This document shows, piece by piece, positions 28,425 to 44,600 of a stretch of 64,000 bases of DNA (the stretch's first letter is position 1; the number at the start of each line of letters is the position of its first letter). The position numbers were made by a program, and so were the translations under genes. Below the pieces are notes generated by a model. That model searched no databases and was not told where the DNA came from. It saw only the letters and a list, made by a program, of their open reading frames with translations. Location of the stretch: the NCBI GenBank assembly GCA_003344405.1, contig NOWV01000020.1:124001-188000 (forward strand), given 5' to 3'. This stretch comes from Trichoplax sp. H2. Lineage: Eukaryota.

Positions 28425-31400
28425 ATGGCTGCCAATACAGCATGTTCTGATGAAATTAAGGTGTGATATAAAGGAAACTGTACTCTAATTTTATATTTTC
28501 ATGCTTTACTCTGATATCTTAATCTTAAAGCACAATAGACATGTATAGCGGTGTCACTTAATTGACTGACAATGTTGATTATAACTATATTTATGGTAGA
28601 ATGCAGTTAAAAAGAAAGTGCTTGAATTCGATGCTTATATTGGTATGTATCTGAACGTGTATGAATGATAGTGGATATTCAGTGTATATTATTATATATA
28701 TGTAATTGCTCAGCGATAGCTTGCAATCTATTAGTCTAGAACTGAATGAGATGCTTGAATATAGTACTGTATATTGCAGTGCTGGGCTAGAACAACAGAC
28801 TTTGGAATTAGCATCTATTTGAATAATTTAAATTTATTTAAACTACTATAAAATATTATCTACGAATTGTTATAATGTGCAGAAAAGCGAGGATTAGGTA
28901 TAGTGATTAGTCTATAGTCAAAGATGATAGGATTGGTATCATATTTGTTGTTAACGCTATCATAGACTGTGCATGTCTTAAAAAGGGTGAACCATAATAA
29001 AATCGTATTAGTAAACATTAGTAATGTTCTTGTTTCTATTTAGATGATGAATTAGTAGAGTACATCATGGTTATGATTGCCAATAAAAAGACTCAGGATA
29101 AAATGACAGAAGATCTCGAACTATTCCTCGGAGATAATAGTATATTATTTGTTCAATGGTACGTACGTTTATATGACAAGATGAAACGTTTAAATGGACA
29201 TAACTTCATCAAATAAATTCTTACACTTAGGCGTTTAGACAATCTATCGATAGTATAGATGTCATCGTCTACCGTGCTACATACAGTATTATATACGTTT
29301 GCACAGCCGTATGCATTACCTGCGATATCAACTAATATCAACTTCATCACGTAGCTTCTATTGATGTAATCTCGTCGATTCACGTCTTTTTTTATTATAA
29401 ACTAATGCAAATTTTTTGCTAATACATGCTCATTAGGCTATTTGAATATATGGAGAATGAATCAAAAGGTACCGTCGTATCAAAAACATCAGCAAGTTTA
29501 TCATGTCTACTGCTTAGATAGCAATGCCTTGCTTATTCTGTAATAAGGACAGATTATATTTTACATACGTTTGCTATGATTGAAAGAAATTTAGATTATT
29601 TTTTCATCTAAAAAGTAAAAATATTATGACTTTCTTTATCGAAAGTTTCCTTGTATATTCAGTAAGCAGAGTAACTTGCAGCTTGTCGTATGTTAAGATA
29701 GGGTTATGATTAAACATGCACTACAATACCGGTGAAATGCTTGGAGAGATTTAAAATTTGACTGATCGCAAAAACAATTGCATACACAGATATACAAATT
29801 ATCCAAACTGCACCTATTAAAGTGCGAATTGATTGTAGCTTGTATCATAACTCTGATATCGATAATACATGAATATAATTCGTATTTAACTGGCTAAATG
29901 CGTATGCGAGATGTGGTGACGGTTACTTCAGATATGCTTTAAATCATTTCTATAAGTAACGAATGTTACATTATTTCATAATAATATAGGGCAAATAACC
30001 AAACCTAAGGATGAAAAGAAAGACCCAAAATCAAAGCAAGCAGTTGAGGAAGAAGCTGTCATTTCTATCCAACCTGAACCAGCAGATTTTGAGGAGATTG
30101 GAGTTAAACGTGTTGACCCTGTAACTAATGTGTCGTCGTCTATAAAAGGTGCTGATTCTAAGAAGGATCCACTTAGCAGATTTTATTGACGATGAAAATT
30201 TATAATTAATCAGCAAAATTGACTAGCATAATTTAATCCTTATTATAAGATAGCATTGTATGACATATGAAATAATTCAAGATTTCTTGACTGCCTTACA
30301 GCGACTGTAGGATTTACAAAAGGCAACAAAAGAAAGCTTTCTGAAAACAATCATCACGCGTCTAGTGCTACTACCGTAAAGAAATTTGATCACAATAAAG
30401 AACCTTCGTTAAGTCCTTCTATTAAAAAAGTTCGAAGGGAAAGAGATGTAAAAACTGATAAACAACGCCCAAAATCAAGTGTTCTTAAAGTGATCAGGTA
30501 GTGATTAACTCAGTTCTTCGAGCTATCTTCTACTAAAGCTATAGCAAGTAAGAGTTTATTAATTATATGATTAAATTATTAAAATTTTGGTAGGCCTAGA
30601 CCTCAAATTCCTTCTAGCAAGCAGGCTTCTAGAAAGTTACTAAGTCGAGCAGTTAAAGATGCCTTCCATTCACTCTCCCATAATGAATCTGATATTCAAA
30701 TGAGTCGTGAGAAACGTAATTGTAGCTCGATATACTGATAAAAGAAACAATAGATACTGGATAAGCTCGTTATGTTTAATTGTATCCGGGTATTGACTGA
30801 AAATTTATATTTATTTTTAGCGCCTGTGAACAAGGAAATTATTCAGGAAGAATTAAGTGAAGAAGAGCAACATCGTCAGTTAGTCAAAAAATACGATGAA
30901 ATGCGTGAGAAGCGCGATAGAGAAGAAAGTTTGAAATTATTTCCGAATTTGAATGTTAATCCTGTCGAAAATAGAAATATTGATTTAAGAAATGTCGTAC
31001 AATCATTGCGTAAAGATAAAATTCAACATTCTATCGATAGTTCCGATTTAGAAGGCAATCCGACCATTTTGATATCGTACGTTTAGTTGATATCAGCATA
31101 TGTATACACTTATGGATTCTACATTCCGTTATCACTGAAAATTCTTAAATCTTTAACCGTAATATATGGATTTTGTTGATTTTTAGTCCCTCTAGGAGTG
31201 TAACAGCTATTAATAACAGAAATGACAAATCTGTATTTGAAAAACCTGCTTTAGATGATCGTAAAGTTAGTCCTGTAGACGTAAACCCTAACAATTCAGT
31301 TATACGAAGAAGTGTAAGGGAGAGGCTGGGTTTTTCCTCAAATAAGAATGTTAAAGATACTGACGTTTCTAGTAATAAAAGTATATTTGAAAGACTTGGA

Positions 31401-32502
31401 AAAGTAGTAGGAGAAGCTGAAGATGTGAACGATAATGAAAACTCGGATAAAGGTGAGGTATTGTGATGTGGCTACACATTGTTTTGTCAATAATTGTAGA
31501 CTGTCTATCAAAATTTAATTGAGTTTCTGAGAGCAAGGGTTTTTTGGTTGTACTATTGATTAATAATAACACAACTATAGCCTTTTAACTTAAAATTGCA
31601 TATTTTATTTGTTTTCAGCTAAAGAGCGATGTAGATTCTGGCCAGTTTGTAAAAACATGGATCAATGCGATTATTTACATCCAACAATTCCTTGCAGGTT
31701 TATGCTAGCTTATAATTTATTATAAGGACCTATTCAAACCACCATAATGTATGTTACTAATCTAGAAAATTTACATTTTTAATCTAGAAATTTTCCTAGG
31801 TGTACATTCGGCAATAAATGTATTTATGTTCATCCTAAATGTAAATATGATGGAAAGTAGGTTTTAATATTTAATAGCAACTTAAGGTCTTTATATATAA
31901 ACAACTTGTATAAGTTTGCAATTAAAACTTGATATCTTTAACTCCTAAATATTCGGTATTGTGTCATTCTTTATACAGATGTAATAAGTCTGCCTGTCCT
32001 TACGTACATTTCTTACCTCAAATCGTCAGTCCGTTTGGTAATATCATATTCACGTATATCATACAAAAAAACTATTTTGTATCAATGTTACTGATATCAG
32101 AAGTTGTATACTAGTTTTATATTAATGGCCATTTTTTACGGAATAGTTGAGATTAAGCCAGCTGGAGCTAAGACAAGATCCACACCTGTAAGTAGTGTAT
32201 ATTTATGAGTGTTGAGACACGATAATCATTATTCATTCTGTAAAGTACTTACATTCTACATTTATAATTGAAAGTCGATTGGAAATGCGTCAAAGTATAC
32301 ATGGAGAGCACCATCAGTAAACATACCGTAAGTTTTTATTGTTCTTATGTGGGAAACTCATAGATAAATGCTTTAGAGTCCTTTTTTATGGGGACTGATT
32401 TTATCGTAATGTTCGCTTTATTAAAATTTTATCTTTAGTGATAATGCAGCCAAATCCGTCATAAATAAACCCGCAGACACTGAACCACAACTACTTTCTT
32501 GA
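28425..32502 (+). CDS. ZC3H14: Zinc finger CCCH domain-containing protein 14 (Nab2-like poly(A)-binding protein)
   Basis: N-terminal PWI-like exons (NAVKKKVLEFDAYI|DDELVEYIMVMIANKKTQDKMTEDLELFLGDNSILFVQW) and CCCH fingers ERCRFWPVCKNMDQCDYLHP, CRNFPRCTFGNKCIYVHP, CKYDGKCNKSACPYVH. Phases of the terminal exons checked through to TGA at 32500-32502. Confidence 0.9.
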
Positions 32503-34587
32503 AATTTATGATTAAAGTTAGTAATTTATAAATAAAAAATTTATAATAATTCTATATTTTTCACCGTTGCTACCGTTGAAAATACTGTGTGCAAATTTCG
32601 TGATAATGTCAAACCGAAATTTCCCCCAAAATTTGGAATGTCTGTATCTGGAAAAACTACACCATCATAGTACTAAGATTCGGTATTCCTCAATTATATC
32701 GAAAGTAATAGCTTTCGGCAATTAATCGGTAGTATAGCATTACTGCATCCGGGATCATCATGAAGATTATTTCTAATATGCAATTGTAGAACCATAATTA
32801 TCATTAAAAAGTATAGCTTTTACGTATTGCCACGTAAAAACATAAGATTTTATTATTGAAAAGCATCAAGTGTTTGTAACATTTTCATATTTGTACCAAA
32901 CTGTTTAATGTTAGTATACCGTATTTCTGCAGCAATACATGTATGTTGGTCAAGTGATTGATCATAATACCCGGTTATCAATTGAAACAATTCTAATTTT
33001 AATTTAGTATTGGTGATTTATCGAATCCTTTACTTTATAAAAAATCTAAATACATTAACATAGCAGTAGCATGAATCATGATAACAATTTTAATTATTCA
33101 ACTGTTCCGTTGATCACAACTTGTACAAGTGATGAATCTACGTAAGCTGTGCAGTGTACTTATATATAAAGCCTTGTTTTGTACTTTATGCAATCATAGA
33201 AATGCATACATACGAATACATCAACAGCAGAAAATAAACTGTCTTGATATAATACGGCCTAGTCTATCATGTTTCTTGAAATGCTTTAATTAAATGTAAC
33301 ATTGGGGTCATGGTTGAAACGTACATGTGATACTACGACAATCATCTACCTTAGCTCATTATGGTGTAATAAGCATGCAATACTTTTGGGTAATAGGTAT
33401 TGCACATGTTACTGTGTAGTATTTTATCCCCAATTTTAATTTATTGGAACAAATCTATATTAAGTAATAAAATTACCCTATCACGTGAGAGAAGTATTTA
33501 CATGTACACACTGCATACGTAAAGTAGTGTTATACTGGTACACGTACATCGCCGTATTAAGTTTTCTTATTAGCATGAGATACAGCATGCATTATTCTTT
33601 ATGCTACACATAGGCCTATTTGTAATTACAAAATTGAATCTTTAAACCTAAGTACTGCACGTACAGTAGTTATAATTTTTCAAGACTGTAATCAATTTCA
33701 CTTTCGCGGCACATTCATAATCACTGAAGCATTTACTGCTATTATGTAGTTACAAATTATGATCCATGGTCTTCTATTAAATGCTACGTATCATTTTATT
33801 AAATATATTCGTATAACCATTTGAAACAATACGGCACGATGTGATAAAGTCTAGTTATGGCAATCATTTGATGACGTGTTATAAAATGATATCAGTGACA
33901 AAACAGCATAGGAGCATCATAACATTAACAACATTTCATAACGGGCTATACATTTACAAAAAATTATTAATGATAATTAATTGTCACGAATAATTATTGA
34001 GAACAGGCCGAATACATAATATACCATATAACAATTGATAAGAGATGATTCTAATCTAAGCAGTATTTGATACTGCATAGAGGACAAAGATAGCAATTAG
34101 CAATTCATGAACGTAGTAAGAGTAATTATATGAATAATTAAGTTTCAAATATAGAAATATAATATGAGATCCATAGTGAGAAATTAACTACTTGCAATCA
34201 TATAATTTGGTGTAGAAATTAGTATTATACATGTATACGGCTTTAAATAACTAGTCTTACAAGACTACTATAGGCTTCAAAATAATACTTCTGTACATCG
34301 GAATAAACAGATGTTGATACAAAAAATAATTAGAATTAATCGAATGCTTTTTCATCCAGATAAACCTTTAGCCAAAGTCATATCAACGAACTGTATAAAT
34401 AAAGCATAAATTGCAACATACCGAGCATCATAGATAAATGCACACCGTAATGAATATAAAGTACAGTCGTGCCGATACTGCAGTACGAGCACGTTTATTC
34501 AATTTGTGGAATATAGTAATAGCTGAGTATTGCTATGTCAGCTACAATATATAACATTACCATTCGTAAAGAAAATCTAACATCATC

Positions 34588-37518
<2,931 letters not shown>

Positions 37519-38387
37519 TTTGCTTGTTGCTGATAATATTATTGGATAAGTGCATTGAAAATATTGTCCGTTATAGAATTTTGTGACCGTAATATGAAAA
37601 CAGTTGTAGCCAATCCCCCAACGTTGGACGTAATATAATAATAACAATCAATTTTATAAAAGTGAATTTTCTAGCTTCTATTGGAGTTGACTGTCTCTCA
37701 ATTTTCTTGCTTTCCAATTTTCTTCACACTCGCCAACTAGATGATGCCAAGGCAAATCGTTTGTCCAAATTGCTCACGGATAACGTGGAATCGATGTCGA
37801 CTAAAAGGCTTTCCTTTGGATGCTCTATCGGTTAGTATCGATTCAAAGATGACACAATAACGATAGTAAGACAAGCAGTTTGTATTTTTATCTCCTTTCA
37901 AGCGTTTACTGGTCAATTTTTACTGTGTTTAAGTACAATCTTGGTGTTGATGGAGTCGACTGTTAGCCGGCCATGACAGTTTTGGCTCTTTTTTCTTCCT
38001 TCTGACTATTCCTCTATATGCTGACGACAACCCGTTGACGGATGGCCTAGAATACCTCTCGCGGCCAGTACTGAATGCGTCATATTGTCCCAAGCTTGGC
38101 ATGACTGCGCTTGCCGATTTTACTCTGGCCTACTTGCTGTATCGTGTTTAGAATGGCTCTCAGTGAAAGTTAATTACACTCGCCTTGGCCACAGTAGCGT
38201 CTAACCGCCGAGAGTCGACCTTCTCTGTTGTTTACATGTCATGGTGAAGCTTCCTCTACAGTGCAATGTACTGTATCTTGGATTGTGCGCGTCAAGTACT
38301 GTACTGTACACTGTAGACTGTCCTCAGTTCCATCAGATACAGCCAGACAGAGAGGCGGAAATTGCCGACATCAGACAGCCTGATAGA

Positions 38388-38940
38388 GGTGACATGGGTT
38401 AGTAGTACTCTAGTCATCAATCCATCAAAGTCGGTTATTAAAAATGGTGGTCATAGTTTTGTCTGTCTTCTACTGTATATATGTATAGCCTGATATACAG
38501 TAGGTAACATGGGCTAGTAGTATTCTAGTCATCAATCCATCAAAGTCGGTTATTAAAAATGGTGGCCATAGTTTTGTCTGTCTTCTACTGTATATATGTA
38601 TAGCCTGATATACAGTAGGTAACATGGGCTAGTAGTATTCTAGTCATCAATCCATCAAAGTCGGTTACTAAAAATGGTGGTCACAGTTTTGTCTGTCTTC
38701 TACTGTATAATGTATATGTATGGCCTGATAAACAGTAGGTAACATGGCTAGTAGTATTATAGTCATCAATCCATCAAAGTCGGTTATTAAAAATGGTGGT
38801 CACAGTTTTGTCTGTCTTCTACTGTACTGTACTGTATAAATGTATATGTATTGATTTATAACCTGATGCAGGTAACATGGGCCGGTAGTACCATAGTCAT
38901 CAATCCATCAAAGTCGGCTATTAATGGTGGTTCTACTGTA
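38388..38940. repeat. ~115-bp tandem repeat, about 5 copies
   Basis: Unit ggtaacatgggctagtagtattctagtcatcaatccatcaaagtcggttattaaaaatggtgg... restarts at ~38388, 38503, 38618, 38738 and 38871; the last copy is diverged. Confidence 0.95.
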
Positions 38941-38959
38941 TATGGATTGATTTATATCC

Positions 38960-40801
38960 AAGGATTCGTAGTTCATTCAAAAATGACTCCTCCAATTCGA
39001 CCACTCAGTCTATTAGTGGTCTTCATAGTCTTCACCTTAATAAGCAGATACCTGAAATTCCATCCTACTCTTGGTGATGGACCAAGAGTCGCGACGGAAT
39101 TTCCGCCATCTGCTTTCTGATGGTGAAGGCTACACCACTTTTTTAACCCTAGTGATACTGTCTGATAGTTCAGAATAGACCAGTGCAACTGTACGTATGA
39201 CGACGTGAGTTATAAAATGGTTCGACCGATCGTCCATGTACACTTGTACAGTACCAGTAACTGAGTGTTTGTGTTAGCAGCTTTTAAGAAATAAAATTAC
39301 TCAATACTGCAATAAAAAGTCATAAAAACATCAAGAGCCCATTGCTTAAGGTTGTACCGATCTGTCTGTGTCGAATTGGAGCCAAATATAAAGTCCATTT
39401 CTTCAAAATGGAAAGGTATCATTGAATTCAGGCAACACTATCGCTGAACATCTTGCAACCATTTTACGGGGCTGTGTATACAACACAAAACTACTGTAAT
39501 TAGCTGAAATCACTCCACCTCTGTAACACTAGCGCTGAACATATTTCAACCATTTTACGGGGCTGTATATATACACAAAACTCCTGTAATTAGCTGAAAT
39601 CACTACAAGGGCTCTCCTCGCTTCTGTAAAGCACTATCGCTGAACATCTTGCAACCATTTTACAGAGCTCTCCTCGCCTCTGTCACACTATCGCTGAACA
39701 TTTTGCAACCATTTTACAGGGCTCTCCTCGCCTCTGTCACACTATCGCTGAGCATCTTGCAACCATTTTATAGGGCTCTCCTCACCTCTCTGTCACACTA
39801 TCGCTGAACATCTTTCCGTCATTTTACAGGGCTCTCCTCACCTCTGTCACACTATCGCTGAACATCTTGCAACCATTTTACAGGGCTCTCCTCACCTCTG
39901 TAAAACACTATCGCTGAATATCTTTCAGCCATTTTACAGGGCTCTCCTCACCTCTGTCACACTATCGTTGAACATCTTGCAACCATTTTACAGGGCTCTC
40001 CTCACCTCTGTCACACTATCGTTGAACATCTTGCAACCATTTTACAGGGCTCTCCTCACCTCTGTCACACTATCGTTGAACATCTTGCAACCATTTTACA
40101 GGGCTCTCCTCACCTCTGTAAAACACTATCGCTGAACATCTTTCAGCCATTTTACAGGGCTCTCCTCCTGCGTTAATACTGGTCGAAAGTTTTCTTGCAC
40201 AAATCTTCTCTGTACAGTACTGTGCGATCGGAGTGTACAGTACAATGTACGGTAGAGCGTATCACGGACTCTTATAGTAAATACAGTACTGTACAGTGTA
40301 CAGTGTACAGTACTGCATGTCGAGTGGCCGGTAGTACTACCGTACAGTACATTATAGCGTAAGCCGATGCTTACGAGAGATCGACTGTTAATGAGAACAC
40401 GCAAAAAGAAAAGTGCGTCCATCAAATCATGTTAGTAGCTCCTATTCCATCGCATAGTAACAATCGATAGTTTATAAAGTAGTGGGGATAGCTTGACAAA
40501 GTGATTGCTAGCCACTCAAGATCTTTAATTGAAATCAGCGGTAGTGCATTGTAGCCTTGTAGGAGCGTGAATCGTGAAACCGCCCTCCCTCCTTCTAGGG
40601 ACACTTTGGACGCCAATGATCAGTTCCAATCCAAGGTAGGTGAGGAAACGATATTGAAACGACTTGCTACATGGAGGTACAACTCCATTTGGCATAGCAG
40701 CATTTGCAAATGTCATTGCAGTAGTCTTTTAAATGCAATCTCTGCCGATATACTCGTAGCCAGAGCACTCTTATTAATAGATCAATAGGAGGCAAACAAT
40801 A
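38960..40801 (+). ncRNA. Candidate telomerase RNA (template domain plus H/ACA-type 3' domain); ends approximate
   Basis: Perfect 12-bp helix 38990-39001/39370-39381 encloses a multi-stem hairpin (39026-39132), a U-tract and TAACCCTA (39144-39151). The 3' region has helix 40369-40383/40746-40760, AGAGCA (ANANNA, 40762-40767), hairpin 40768-40791 and ACA 40796-40798. No credible ORF. The pairings are observed; the identity is inferred. Confidence 0.5.
39435..40169. repeat. 54-bp minisatellite, about 12 copies
   Basis: Unit acactatcgctgaacatcttgcaaccattttacagggctctcctcacctctgtc; period 54 (e.g. 39959, 40013, 40067). The first two copies carry an extra insert. Confidence 0.95.
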
Positions 40802-40913
40802 CTTTACCTGTACGTAATGACCTTATCCTGTAATGATGGACCAAATTGATCATCATGGAAATCCATGCAGGTGCATCAATCTACTTACTATCTAGCAATG
40901 GATTGATTGTATA

Positions 40914-40939
40914 CATATATATATATATATATATATATA
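40914..40939. repeat. (TA)n microsatellite
   Basis: Uninterrupted atatat run of about 25 nt. Confidence 0.9.
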
Positions 40940-41683
40940 GTACATCATCTCTGTAGACGTATTATAGCAAAATGAAGAGGTTACCATTTGTAATGGGTAC
41001 AACATCCAATCATTAGATCTACATATCAATTGCATCCCAATTATAATCATTGTATTGGAGACAACATCCAATCAGGAGAGATCGACACATCAATTTTATC
41101 CAAATTCGAGTCATTTTACAGCACTTGCATTGGATGCAAACGTCCAATCATTAGATCGACGTATCAATTTCATTCAATGGATAGTCATTTTATGGTATTT
41201 GCATTCGATATAGCCGTCTAATCATTGCATTCACGCATTCATTTCATCTAAATTATAGTCATTGTACCGTATTCAGAGTGATGATGTCTAATGAATGGTA
41301 ATTAATTAGAATATTGGCAATCTTGGCAAAGTAATTCAATTGCTGACAGCTGTAATCCCAATTCCGAATAGATCACCTAAATCGACATAGATCTCGCCAG
41401 GGACTACTATCCAATTTGATCTTATTCTGAAAGAGTAATAGAAAGAGCAATATTGAATAGTAATTTCTGTGGTATCAATTGTGGTGATGAAGAATAGCGA
41501 TAAGATTATAATTAAAATCGGCTGAATTTGTTTAGAATCTACTGTTTTGTTTAAAATAAAATGAATTGAACGTACGTTGATCATGAAGAATAGACAATAA
41601 TGATAAACTACTATTACTCACAACTTAGCTACCAAGGAAATATTGATTAAGAAACTTGCTGTCCAAATCACAAAGTAGCAAAA

Positions 41684-44600
41684 ATGTGGCATGAGGCACG
41701 AAAGCACGAGAAGAAGCTCCGGGGTATGATGGTTGATTGGAAAAAGAGAGCTGAACGAAGAAGACAATATTATGAAAGTTTGGTAATATATTGAATTTCC
41801 CTTCGCTTGAATCTAAACTTGCATAAAATACTGTCTCACATCTAATTTTCCTCTGCATTCCCACTATTATCAATCGATATAGAAATGTAGTGGTCAATAC
41901 GTTGAAAATTAAATTAGCCCAGTGATAGACATTCGTCGATAGTATCTTGTATAATTTTAGATACAATTCGTATTCCTATAAACTAGCACTGAAATTATTC
42001 TTCCACAGCAAAGTAGCATCGTCGAAAATCAATGCTTGAATACTACTACACTTTCAATTAAAATGCTATCAATCGATTGCATCCGATACAAAATTGTAAA
42101 TCAGCCTATACTTTATTATCAAAGCTTGATTAATTCCATTTGACTGTACGCGTATATCTCTAAGTAATTGGTTATTAAGTAGATCATGATTTGCTTTTCA
42201 ATATTGTAGTATTGTAATCACGTACAGAAATTATGCAAATACATTAAATTCTCATGACTATTCTTACTCTTGCTTAAAGACACGCATACAAGCAATCGAC
42301 ACATGAAGCTGCTGATATTATAATTTATATAACTACCTTCTTTACATCTAAACATCATAAATTTCGTTTTCTACACTTATCAGGCAAGTGATCCCTTTCA
42401 ACAACTGCGAATTGTAGGAGTTGCTGCCAAGATACATATAAATGTGGTTGAAAGCTCAGATAGCATGTACGTATGAGTTAAGCTCTTTTTCATAAAATTG
42501 ACAAAGTTTTACCGTAGATATACAGTACAATCAATTTAGTATTTTTCATAAAGGAAGCTACTTTCTTTCATTAGGATGCAATGGCGCGGTCAACCTGATA
42601 TCCTGATTGACAGGTCAGTTAATAGTATATTATATCACTTTAATAATATTAATAATAGCTTGCATAACGAAGATTTATTGCTGTAAGATTACAAAAATGC
42701 AAAGATATACGCTAAAAGATGCACTTTATTTACTTATAACAGCAAAGTTAACATACATGTATATTCTATTTTTAGCTGCAATCAAATAGTATATATTTTT
42801 ATAATATGTTGATTTTCACATTTTAGGTTTGATGCTAGAGCACACCTGGATTATTTGCCAAATTTTGAATCTGATAACGAAGATAATAAGCAAACCTACG
42901 ATGACCTACAACTAAACTACGAAAGATACAAAATTTTAGCAAAGAGCGATTTCCTAGGGGGTAATTCGTATCATAATTAAAAAAATTGTTACTAAATAAA
43001 TTTACTCGAACCATTGCAATATTTTAACAACATTAATAAAATGGCTAAGTGTTTATATGTTAATAAATAAAATTACAGTACTAAAAACGCCACAACTTGC
43101 ATATTATCTCTCCTACGGCATAACACATTTTGAAAATTTTTAATTCTATACTTGTGAGATTTCCTTTTCTCCTTTGATAACTTACTTCTGTAACTGTAGT
43201 CTCGGAAGACATGGTGTTACAACAAATTGAGTTGGAAGAAGATATACCTTTATCTGTAAGGAAAGTTTCTGCAGCAAGTGAAGCAGAAAAGGAAAAGTAA
43301 TGCAATAATGCTATTATCATACAAAAAGTGGAAGTATACTCACTCGGTGGTTTTTAGCATGTTTATACTTTATACCAAAATTATATCGATTTGCCATAAC
43401 GGTACTGATGTATTTACTGTCATCTTTTATAGATTATCTGAGAAAGCTGCTACTATTAATTATCAGTATGCTGAGAAGGCTGACGAAAATACAAAAAATA
43501 GTGATATTGATGATATTGATGAAGATGAATTTCTTCTTCAACCTTCGTCTGGTAATCTACTATTACGAACTAAATAACTAACTTGCTGTATCTTTTCTAA
43601 GAATGCCTTATTCTCGGCACTTTCTTAATATGCTAAACAGAAGGTAACGTTGATCCCGATCAATTGAATGAAGGGCAGGTACGTTAAATAGGATTTAAAA
43701 TGGTACAAAGAAGTAATATGAAGAAATATAGTACATGTACAGTGATTTAATGATGATCTACAGAATATTTTATACATTATAAATATTGCGTATTATGTTG
43801 CAGCGAGATAAATTAAATCTAGCGGCTAGCTCATACGGAATTGGTTCGGGCACATTTTGCAGGTAACTTGATACTGTTCACTTGATTACTTTTGAAAGCG
43901 ATATTGTATGATGATATACATACGTATGTATCTACTCTTGTATATAAATGTATAACATTTTATGAGCAACTTAAAGATTTAAAATTCTATCTAGATTTAT
44001 TAGAGAAGACATTCTTGATTTGACAGCTCGTGATAAAGCTCAGAAGGAGGAGGCTGAACGTTTAGTAAAATATGTACGTACAATATTACCATTGGACATT
44101 TATAAATTCATAGCTAGTCTAATAACTTTATAACGATAATGTGATTATGAATGTAAACTCAAGGGTCGAAGAGCAATTAGACATGATCATCTAGGGCGAA
44201 GTGAATCGAATTTACGCCAGGCACACTCGCCGCCTAGGTAATCTTTTTTAATCTTATTTTCTACCTACTGATGTAATACCGCTTAACAAATAATAATAAT
44301 AGTAATTTCGCATTACGCATAGTTATGCTCGTCGTTCAAGCCCAACGTACGAACCATACAAAAGGTTTGAATTGCTGTTCCTACCATTCCAATAGTTATT
44401 ATTTTAGTACTTCTTAAGGCAGGAATAATGAAAGATACCTTACATATTTTACACGTGCTTGTAGATCCGTATCTGGTTCGGAATCTTCCGAAGGATCAGG
44501 GGACGAAATTAAATTTATAACTGAATTCTCTTCTGCTGGTGCTGCCAAAGCCGATGGAAATAAAAAATCTGCAAACTGTCGTGAACAGTTGAGCAGCTCT

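Noticed and set aside
38851..39188. Overlapping 89-aa and 71-aa ORFs
   Set aside because: Non-ATG starts, no recognisable motifs; one begins inside a tandem repeat and both overlap the base-paired region.
38960..39200. Minus-strand snRNA with an Sm-like site (ATTTTTG)
   Set aside because: No similarity to U1/U2/U4/U5/U11/U12/U4atac that I could recognise, and the outer G-U pairs favour the + strand.
39435..40169. CRISPR-like appearance of the regular repeat array
   Set aside because: Units are contiguous with no unique spacers, there are no cas genes, and the context is eukaryotic; it is a minisatellite.
40560..40630. U3 snoRNA resemblance (gagcgtgaa, gccaatgatc)
   Set aside because: No box A/A', no proper box C (TGATGA) or box D, and no terminal stem.
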